Assembly: GCF_964204645.1 (NCBI RefSeq)
Contig: NC_134029.1
Coordinates: 1,178,001 to 1,242,000 of the forward strand
Direction of reading: 5' to 3'
Length of the DNA: 64,000 nucleotides
From: Tubulanus polymorphus
Taxonomy: Eukaryota; Animalia; Nemertea
In this document: positions 54,643 through 64,000 of the stretch, in pieces
Layout of the letters: every line of letters starts with the position of its first letter
How positions within the stretch are numbered: position 1 is the stretch's first letter
The notes under the pieces: model-generated
What the model saw: the letters and a program-made list of their open reading frames with translations, nothing else
Told to the model about the DNA's origin: nothing
The model's database searches: none
Position numbers and translations under genes: made by a program

Positions 54643-54950
54643 AACTCTATTGCGTTGCTGGAACTTGGTGAACTCTAATGCGTTGCTGGAACTTGGTGAA
54701 CTATAATGCGTTACTGGAACTTGGAGAACTCTAATGCGTTGCTGGAACTTGGAGAACTCTAATGTGTTGCTGGAACTCGGAGAACTCTAATGCGTTGCTG
54801 GAACTTGGTGAACTCTAATGCGTTGCTGGAACTTGGTGAACTCTAATGCGTTACTGGAACTTGGAGAACTCTAATGCGTTACTGGAACTTGGAGAACTCC
54901 AATGTTTTGCTTGAACTTGGAGAACTCTAATGCGTTGCTTAACTTGGAGA
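54643..54950. repeat. 28-bp minisatellite
   Basis: (gaactctaatgcgttgctggaacttgg(t/a))n, about 11 copies. Confidence 0.9.
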
Positions 54951-56024
54951 ATTCTTGTGAATGTTAAGACTTTGAGAATTCTTGTGTGTGCAACTGACCC
55001 TGTGTATCAATATGTGTGTTCAATTCGAGATTTACTTTGATTTGAATAAAACAAGTTAGAATATCTTTGATTGTTTCTAAAGAATTGTTGATGTTGTTTT
55101 GAGGTGGAACTGAAATGCAGTAGTCAGTTCCGTAGTGTGTTTGAACTTGACATGACATGATGACTGACCTTGATTTCTTCTTGTTGACTTCCGTCTGTGT
55201 TTGTTAATTACACTTCGTAACTCGTTTGTTTTTGTAAAACTTATTTATTTCTATGAAATGATATGGTGATTTGTAGAGGAGCTGTAGTGTATTCTCAACT
55301 TGGTGTAAATAGTAAAACGAGGTGGAAAGTACTTAACCAGTTTTATCTTGTCTTATTTGTTACATTGATAGATATATTGATTTTGTGGTACTTAATTGAT
55401 TTAAAGTGCTTGTGATTGGTGTTTGATAATTGGTTGACCTCTTTGTTTACTTATAAATACATATTGAACTATTAATCACGAAGACTAAAACCTATTCGTG
55501 GCTTAGTTGTTCACTACAAATTGTTTGTGTTGTTTTTCTGTGGTCTACAGTGGACTCGACTCTTCTAACTCGAATCACACTAATCAAGTATAGTATCACA
55601 TTGACTCTCAGATACTTTCAAACTCTTTGAAATTCTATTGTCTACAGTCAATCACCTGTACTCGCTTGTTTTAATTGATTTAGTAAGGAGAACTCGGTCT
55701 ACCCATGCACATTTAAACTTGATAGTCCAGATTATATTTTTCAGTATATACTAACACGTTAAGTGTAATGATAGATAACTACAGTAAACCTAACTCGGAT
55801 TTTCACTTCAACTCGTGCCAATCTAGCGGGTCACAGTTAATCCCAGTAAGGGCGAGTCGGTTTACTGAAGAAGTGTCTGTCACCGTTACCCAGAATACGT
55901 CTACTCAAGTATTGAACCTGGGGCACCCCTGTTTTCCTCTATTCAGCATCAGGACCACTAAAATCAGGGGCAGTAATTTTTGGGTTCGAACTCGGGACAT
56001 TCGCCTAGTTTAAATGATGCTATG

Positions 56025-56174
56025 ATCGCCATCTATTGGAAGTTGGCTGAACTGACTAGACGGCTCTTATTTGTCTCACTGACTCTTCTTTAATCGAATA
56101 CGAATACGAAGGAGAGTCAGTGAGACAAATAAGAGCTGTCTAGTCGGTTCAGCCAAATTCCAATAGATGGCGAT
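56025..56174. mobile_element. Near-perfect foldback MITE (~63-bp arms)
   Basis: atcgccatctattggaa.ttggctgaac.gactagac.gctcttatttgtctcactgactct ... agagtcagtgagacaaataagagc.gtctagtc.gttcagccaa.ttccaatagatggcgat. Confidence 0.85.
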
Positions 56175-56700
56175 TACATGAGAAATATTGATTGAGCGCA
56201 AACAAAGTAAACTTAGTTCAATTCTCTATAAGATTTTTGATTTGTATCTGAATGATAGATTTAAGAGCCCCTGGCTAATATTTATTAAGAAGACTTTTGA
56301 TGACTGTGTTTCCTCATATATCAGGACCACTCTGGACCAGTGTCAGTAATTACTGGGTTCGAACCCGGGACTACCCTGTACATCCTCTAATCAGCACCAG
56401 GACCACTCTGGATCAGAATCAATAATTACTAGGTTCGAACCCGAGACACCCGTAATCCTCTATCCAGCATCAGGACCACTCAGTATCAGTATCAGTAATT
56501 GCTGGGTTCGAACCCGACCGAACACCCATTTATTCAGCATCAGGACCATGCACTCTGAATCAGTGTATCAGTAATTACTGGGTTCAACCACGGAATGCCC
56601 CTGTACATCCTCTAATCAGCACCAGGATTACTCTGGATCAGTATCAGTAATTACTGGGTTCGAACCCGGGACACCCGTAAATCCTCCATTCAGCATCAGG

Positions 56701-57434
56701 CAGGGGCGGATCTAAAGGCCAGACAATGACAGGAGCACATAATTAAAAAAAAGGGCAATCTAAAGAAAAGGCACTATCCATGACAGGCGAGCGCCGAAGG
56801 CGCGAACCATTCGCGGGGGACCCCCCCCCCCCCAGAAAATTTTTGAATTTCAACCCATTTTAATGCAATTTCCAGGCACCTGAGACACAAAAATGACATT
56901 CTGCAACAATTCTTTAAGAGATGGGAATTTATCAATATGGAAACAATGTGATAATGAACTTTATAGAATGCAATTAAGTTTTTCATAAAATAAACAAGGT
57001 ACATAACAAAATAATTTTGATTAACTACAATCTAAATGAGATTGCACACATCTCATTTTCTAGGAAAGTTTTACACATTAAGATGAGGTAATTTGAATCA
57101 CGTGTAAATTAATGCCCTTTTCAAAAATAAATGAGCCCTTTCCATAAGGACCGACCACTGCCACGTGTATTAAATGCCCTTTTTGAGAATAATGCGCCTT
57201 TTACTCGACTCACTTCAGCAACGGACAGAAACTACGTGTTTTATATGTCCTTTTTTGAAAATAACTGTGCCTTTTTCTTGAGAACAGACGGCCACCGCAT
57301 GTAAACAATGCCCTTTTTGAGAATAATTATGCCCTTTACTTGAGACAATTTTTTTCGCACTTTTTTCAAAAAGAGCACTCAGAATTTGCGACAGGAGCAC
57401 GTGCTCCGCGTGCTCCTGTCTAGATCCGCCTCTG
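56701..57434. mobile_element. Non-autonomous DNA transposon with a 5-bp target-site duplication
   Basis: TIR caggggcggatcta ... tagatccgcctctg flanked by the direct repeat tcagg (56696-56700 and 57435-57439); removing it restores an intact B-box repeat unit. Confidence 0.85.
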
Positions 57435-57493
57435 TCAGGACCACGCTCTGCATCAGTTATCAGTAATTACTTTTGTTAAGATATCAACATTTT

Positions 57494-57611
57494 ACCGTAC
57501 GGTGCTGCCTCTAAGCTCATCGGTAGCGGGATTTTCATACACTAACGTTAGTCAACTCTGGCAAGCAAGGATTACGGAGTATGTTTTATATAGGGGCAGC
57601 ACCTAACGGTT
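57494..57611. mobile_element. MITE family A, copy 3
   Basis: accgtacggtgctgcctcta ... taggggcagcacctaacggt. Confidence 0.7.
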
Positions 57612-57904
57612 AATATCGGACAGAGCTCGCTACCGGTGAACTCTAGATGGAGCTTCAGTCGATTTTACTTCCGGGTTCGAAATTTAAATCGGACAAATAG
57701 TCATCAGCTGCATTTGTTTTATTTAGTTAATTAATCAGTTTCTGTCAAGAGAAAACGGTAAGTTTAGAAAATTAATGAATTAAACCTCCGACTTTTGGAA
57801 CCGCTCATGATCCTGTCAAACGGCTGTGGGGTGAATTAAACATGAACGTTTCTATTTTTTGACAGCCAGACGCAGGCAGCAAGACGACATCATAAATCAG
57901 CAGA

Positions 57905-60322
57905 ATGATTGATCCAGTTATGATCAAGATTGAAACTGATCAATCACCGACAAAATGCTTGAATATTGCGTCGTGTAACAGTTTCCTGGATTCACTTCAA
58001 ACTCCGGCCGATTGCATGGATTCTGATTTAGAAGTGGCAAATGTTTTATCTAAAGGTTTGTTTCAATTTCCTGCTGGTTCAACGTTTTCAATCTCAGAGA
58101 TTTTATTTCAGTTTTGTAAATCTTTTCAAATTCTTTTGTGTGAATTCTGCAGATGAGTTTGATCCGACTACAAAGCTAGAATCAGACGGAGTAAATCCTT
58201 CCCCTTACAGGGTACGTATTCAAACGCCTATTGACTTGTTAACCCTTTCAGTGCTGACTTATTGATACCCTATAGTGCTGGAGATTATTTGAAAATTTTG
58301 AATAATTCTACCATAGTATGTTGAATAATGGGAATAGCACTATAGTGCGTGTACACCGCGGCGCAGTGTATCGTTAGTTACTGATATTTCACTATGTTTG
58401 ACAGGTGCTGCCATCTTTCAAGAGAGATAATTACTAATAACATCAATACACCGCAATGCGGTGTACTAGCAAAATCAATCACTGATTTACACACCGCACT
58501 GCGGTGTGGACGCACTGAAAGGGTTTATGGAATTTATCCTGTAGACTCAGATATCGCTCTTGTCGGACATGTTTTGTCCTATCCAAAAAGATTTGACGTG
58601 AACTTAGTCTGAAATAATCTTTATTTCAGCCTTCAACAGTTATAACAAACTTCACTCGAGGCAATGTTCAGACAACGACTCCTATCATCGCTGATCGTAA
58701 GTTTGTAATAAATTATGAAATGTTTGATTATCTCTCGTTCTTTCGCAAAAGTTTCATTCTATTTGTTTCTGCGGTTTTTATAGACATGAGTTTACATCAG
58801 ATGGCAGCTCAGGGTGAATTAGTTCTCCTACAACAGGAGATCAGCATGCCAGGTACTTTTTTTAACAGATATCTATGAAATAGGAAAAACCTTTTAGATA
58901 TTTTAATATCGTATGTCGTACTGTAAAAGCTTTTTGAAAATGAATATTTTAAAATGATTAGTTTTCAATTTGTCTGGCGGTTGAAATGTAGACATCAGCA
59001 GCAGCAGTGGGGATTAGATGTTACCCCCTGGAGTTTCATTTGACTTGTTATGCTTCCAAACACTTATTTCGCATTTAATATTAAACTGATGATTACTATT
59101 TTGTGCAGTCAAACTCTTTCGAGCCCTGTCTATTTTTTTAGTCCAAATTTGTACTTCCAATTCATTTCACTAAGCGTAAGTTGTCATTTGGATATCAACA
59201 CAATGATCAATGATCATCATAATTATGACGACTTCAGCACAAGTTTCAGCTTGTTTTTCTAAAAGTAATATTTTAGAAATATAAAACTAATTATTTGGAT
59301 ATATTTTCAGATAGAGCTATTGATAAGTACGATGAGAAGGGTTTTACTCCGTTGTTGTGGGCGTGTGCGAACGGACAGAAATCAGCGGCCGAACTTTTGA
59401 TAATGAACAACGCGAGTGTAGAATCTCGAGGTTTTAACGGTGAAAACTCATTGTCTTTAGCAGCTTGTTACGGATATCACGAAATAGTCTCATTGTTACT
59501 AGAGAAAGGTGCTTCGATCAACAGCTGCGATGAGGTGATTATTTTTTGAAATAAAACCATCAAACATTGTTCCAATAACTCTGACGATGTTATTTTTGTG
59601 AAAACATAAGTTTATTAGGCCATCCCAAAATAATGGTCTGTTTGCCGTAACCCGACCGACCCGACTTCAAAGGTACCGAGTGAAAACTTTCTTTGAAGAT
59701 TCATTGAAATAGATTTTATTTTTGTTATCGTTTCCATATAAAAAAGGCGATAAATTTGTTTTTTTTTGCCCTGAAATTTTGTAAAAAAATATTACTACCT
59801 ACCTACCTACCGACTCATCCTGAAAACTTGAGTCGGTGTTACGGCAAACAGACGATTATTTTGGGATGGCCTTATCATAATTTTATGCAAGTACGATCAA
59901 ACTCGGGTTAGGTCGTCATAGTTGTGACAATTTTCATAATCGTTGATATATAATTGATTTGTAGCAAGGTAACACAGCTCTGATGTACGCGGCGTTTAAC
60001 AATCAGAATAAATGTGCGAGTTGTCTATTGGAATGGGGTGCTGATTTAACTATAGAGAATGAGGATGAATTATCAGCGATGGATCTCGCTGTTCGCAGAG
60101 GAAATAAAGCTGGTAAATATAGAAATCACGAAGAAAGAAAAAATGAGTCCGAAATGTTTCCTTGAGCGAATACATGGATTGGACTGACAGTGTGTTCAGG
60201 TTTAATGTTTGGTGGTTTTTCTCTTTCTGATAAATTTCTGTTTTTTTTAAATTTCAGTTCAACAAGTTATTGAAGAACATATGTTATACCTGTTGGAAGG
60301 TTCTGCCAGAGATCAGACGTAA
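57905..60322 (+). CDS. ANKRA2: Ankyrin repeat family A protein 2 / RFXANK ortholog
   Basis: Coding exons 57905-58055, 58153-58211, 58630-58696, 58784-58852, 59311-59534, 59965-60112, 60258-60322. A non-coding exon ends ~57757, with an ETS site acttccggg at ~57668. Motifs STVITNFTRGNV, SLHQMAAQGEL, DEKGFTPLLWACANGQ, NSLSLAACYGY, TALMYAA and VQQVIEEHML match ANKRA2/RFXANK. AATAAA at ~60405. Confidence 0.93.
58243..58523. mobile_element. piggyBac-like MITE in an ANKRA2 intron
   Basis: TTAA|ccctttcagtgc ... gcactgaaaggg|TTTA: CCC/GGG termini and a TTAA-type site. Confidence 0.7.
59618..59871. mobile_element. PIF/Harbinger-type MITE in an ANKRA2 intron
   Basis: TTA|ggccatcccaaaataatggtctgtttgccgtaac ... 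gttacggcaaacagacgattattttgggatggcc|TTA: ~35-bp TIR, 3-bp TTA TSD. Confidence 0.85.
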
Positions 60323-63300
60323 TATAATCGATCAGCTAGTCATTATTTTTTCTATTCATTTGTACATAATCTGTATCTGTAAATTTTTGGAACAAAAGTC
60401 ATGCAATAAAATAAGGACATAAAGTAACAATTCGTATTTGGAATATTTCAAATGTTTTATGGAATCTTCAAGTTACTCTGTGATGAGGAGTTGGTGGCCC
60501 TGGGCTCTTTTCTTTGGATCCCTTGGACGGCTTGTTGCTTACTGACTGTGACAGTGGATAAGGAGACCAGTCACTAAGACTTGACAGCCAGCACTGACTG
60601 ACTGGGATAGACCAGCGACTAACCTCAAATAAGGATTTCTAATTACACATGATGTCATTCCGTGTGAATGAAATATCTAGGACAAAACCTTATTACTGAG
60701 AATTAGAATTAGCTCAAAATAAATACACGGCAGTCGAATAACGAGTGTCTCGTGTGGAGCACTCGCTTAGCTCCCGCGCTAACTGATCACACACTACTGA
60801 CTGCACTGAGAGTTCCATCCATGATACGTGCTGAAACAAGGATTCATTGTGTTTAAGGTACGTAAATACTTTTTCTGGCAAAATACTGACAACAAAAAGT
60901 CATTTATGTAACACCCAGAAACAGATGATTTGGATACTACTGTCCATAGATGCTTCAAATTTGCTTCATTTTCTGCTGAAAGATTTGTTCAATATAAAGT
61001 GAGTCGTGCATGTTTCGTTTCACTAGATGTTTTTATTTGATTCAATAAATTGTTGAGGTATCGATAAAACAGGAAAATAGAACTGCTTGTTTTAACTGCA
61101 TATCGCGGGATAAAGTGTTGAAATGAACGATGTACCTCCTTACAGAAAACAGTTACCACTAATTACCACTAGTAGCCAAACCCGTCTGACTACGATCACT
61201 TAGCCGAGAGTTCGACTGTATATTTTTTCTCGTTTTTTTGAAGTTAAGAAATCTTGCCATCTACCAAGAAGCAAGGAGGGTTGAAGTGATCCTAGAATTA
61301 GATATACTGTATATTTGAAAATGAACTTAGCGCAGCCTCTCAGAATGCGTAGCGGTATTCATGGTATTCATGAAAGATGATAAGAGTTCATTCATTACTC
61401 CTTACAACGATTTCGGATCTGGTTTTTTCTTTGCTGGCGCGTTTTATAATCCAGTCACCTCTCACCCTGTCAGTGTGTTTCGCTGCATGAAAAGGATTTG
61501 TCTCCTCTGAAATCAATGATCAGCGATTGACAAGAAACATCAAAGTTTCTTATAAAATGACTGCGGGAACGGAAAGTGTCTCAGCTTGTAGTAGATTTTA
61601 TCTGAATGTTTCACAACCCCATTCTCCTACTCTTCCTCTCTTCCACTCTCCCACTCTTCCTCTCACACGCTCTCTCCGCCTCTGTCTCCATCATCCTCTT
61701 TCTATTTGGGAAATGTCTCACTCTTTCTCAGCTACGTTCATACATACTCATTACTATTATGCTCCTTGATCGAAAAATTCATTATTTATTTAGGAGCAAA
61801 TTCCTGTCACACCCGGATAAAGTGTAGTCTCCGATTCCTCTTTCACGGGCTTTCAATAAACAGAACTCATTATTGAAATACTAAGCAATAAATTGTCTTA
61901 TTGGGAACTGTTGCTGCATAGGCTCTGATTTTACAACTTGCTGGTTCTTTTGTTTAACAAGTGGCATAGCTTTACGAGCAGTCACATGGAAGTGATGTAC
62001 AAACCCGCTATACGTATTACCTGAAATCTAGAATTGGTGGCGATTGAAATAAATGGCTGCTACCCCCACGCCACATTTCTGTTGACTCTAGTTTATCTCG
62101 GTAATCTATGTCAATATTCTCTCACTAACGATCATGACTGTTATTCAACTCAATCAATCATCGCAGTTTTATTCACTATCCAAGCAGGGCTTAACGCGTC
62201 AATGCAAGGATTACTTTCAAATTTAGAACCTTTTTATTTAGTTACGTATCGCATAAATCTTTCAGCTCGCGAGACTGAGATGAATCGTTAAAGTATTCTA
62301 AATTGTTTTAGTGACAAACGCCTGACTCTACTCAGTGATGGAGGTGTAAGCCACCATTCCTCGAGCCAATATCCATAGAATTAAACATAACTTTATTTCA
62401 CCTCAACATAATAATGTTTAACAATGATATTATCGTGTACACAGTCGATACAATTAATATTTACTGAGTACTTCAAATTTCTGCTCATTAATTACTTATG
62501 AGTTTGTTCAAAGTCTGATTTAGAAATAAACAAACGGAATTATGTGGACTTGTTTGGTTAGTCACGCGAAGTAATCTCACGGGGTTCGGATAGATTTAAC
62601 TTCGTAGATACCATTGCTATGGTAACATAACGATAATTGTAAAGATTATCAGAAGAACAAACAGTGGAAATTATGGCGCAGCTCGAATTAGATTTGTAAT
62701 GCTATAGGCTGGAATACGTATATTCTACTAATAAAAGCGTTTGTGATGTACAGAAATTGCATTTCTTGTTTTATGAATAAAAAGACTTAGTCTGTCAGAT
62801 TGCACTATTTCAGTTGGTAAACAACAGTTGAAATGATGTTTGTTTTTACAGATAGTTCGATGAATTAAAAAAGTTTCATATTGATACAAGTTTTGAGTTT
62901 GATGCGAGTTCTGCAAATGTTGTTTGTACTCAGTATTTGACGTCACGTCGTGGATACATTTTACACGGTTTTACATTCATCGCTCGCGCGCGTCTAAGAA
63001 TGATTTCTGATTAAATCACTTTTCACATTAAAACGGATTGAAATTGAAAACATATGCAACTGCTGCTGCTGCTGCTGCTGCTACCTAGAGATTTAATCCA
63101 GTGACCATAAATCATCACTGATTTAAAAAAACTGCAGTTCGTTCTGTTTTCTTCGACTTGTTGTTTTTATAGATCAAGCTCTGATAAAATCAAATACGTT
63201 CTACACAACTCTCCTTGACACGTAGATTAATCGATTGTGAAAACTCCTCGTGGTTACTGTAGTTAACGGCAGGGATTTCAATCGTATTCTTTTCTTTCAA

Positions 63301-64000
63301 CTCGATAATTCCCACGAAAGACCAATACACATTAATCTTGAAATTCATCGATTGAAATAGGAGTTGTTATCTCGATGAAATACTCTGTCCGTGTAAGCTG
63401 TAACGATAAAATCACACTAGAAAAACTTATAGTCTGAATACTTTACTTGTGGTAATATTTACTCAACCTTTCAATATTCCTGAAGAAAGAATAATAGTCG
63501 AAACGTCGAGTGAAATATTAGCTCGAGGAAGTTATGCTGTTCTATTGTGGGATTTCAACATACATATGAGAACATTCTTCCACCTGACATTTTTTTCCAA
63601 ATCCACAATTCCGGGAAATAACGGTACATGGTAAGACTTGTCTATTTTTGAATTCTGAGAATTTGAGCTGAGTAACTGCGACGTCAAGCTTTTCTAGGAA
63701 TTATCACACGAACAAACGTTGACCATTTGTGTTATATTTTCATCTTATAAATGACGAACTTATGAATATTTTCCGCTGTGTTCTGTAAGGAGTTCGCCAT
63801 CAGTGATCGTTTTACCATCATTCGTGCAGCACAAGATGTTGAACGATACTCTCCGTGATTATGACTGATGGACGTTTAAGCCACTCGTGTTCAGATGACG
63901 GAAAAAAAACATCTAGAACACAATCGAAAGGTTGTCATCGAACACAGGGTAATATCCGGTTAACTGTTTGACAGGGGGGGGGGGCATTTCGATCGGTCGA

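Larger units (their letters stand above)
55910..57470 (-). repeat. ~75-bp B-box repeat, right array (reverse complement of 27345-27625), interrupted by two insertions
   Basis: caggaccactctggatcagtatcagtaattactGGGTTCGAACCCgggacacccctgtacatcctctaatcagcatc, about 7 copies at 55910-56000, 56322-56700 and 57435-57470. Confidence 0.82.

Noticed and set aside
28200-55900. Autonomous giant element (Polinton/Maverick, Helitron, endogenous virus)
   Set aside because: No polymerase, integrase, Rep/helicase, capsid or transposase ORF is recognisable, and I could not identify a TSD at the island edges.
60750-64000. First exons of a further gene (donor-like AAG|GTACGT at ~60857 and ATG|GTAAGA at ~63630)
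   Set aside because: Plausible 5' non-coding exons, but no coding sequence within the window supports a call.

Overview
AT-rich eukaryotic (invertebrate bilaterian-type, short-intron) genomic DNA, not prokaryotic. The left part is a compact block of conserved spliced genes: the 3' half of unc-13/Munc13 (+), a KLF9/13/14/16-class zinc-finger gene (+) with a CRE-rich promoter, thymidylate kinase DTYMK (-) head-to-head with neurochondrin NCDN (+), and germ cell-less GMCL1 (-). ANKRA2/RFXANK (+) lies at 57.9-60.3 kb. Between the divergent GMCL1 and ANKRA2 promoters is a ~28-kb island with no conserved gene. It holds a TATA/CRE-driven three-exon orphan gene (328 aa, Pro/Ser/Thr-rich, basic, nuclear-type motifs), two paralogous small spliced non-coding units nested in its intron, and a ~170-bp-arm imperfect hairpin with a nearby inverted paralogue. 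It also holds at least eight unrelated tandem arrays (including a 150/153-bp satellite) and a non-coding transcript built from duplicated exon-intron modules. The island is bracketed by inverted arrays of a ~75-bp repeat carrying RNA Pol III B-box motifs. Many MITEs and tRNA-derived SINE fragments are scattered throughout. All exon boundaries were read by eye from GT/AG signals and reading frame, and family assignments come from recalled motifs, not database searches.
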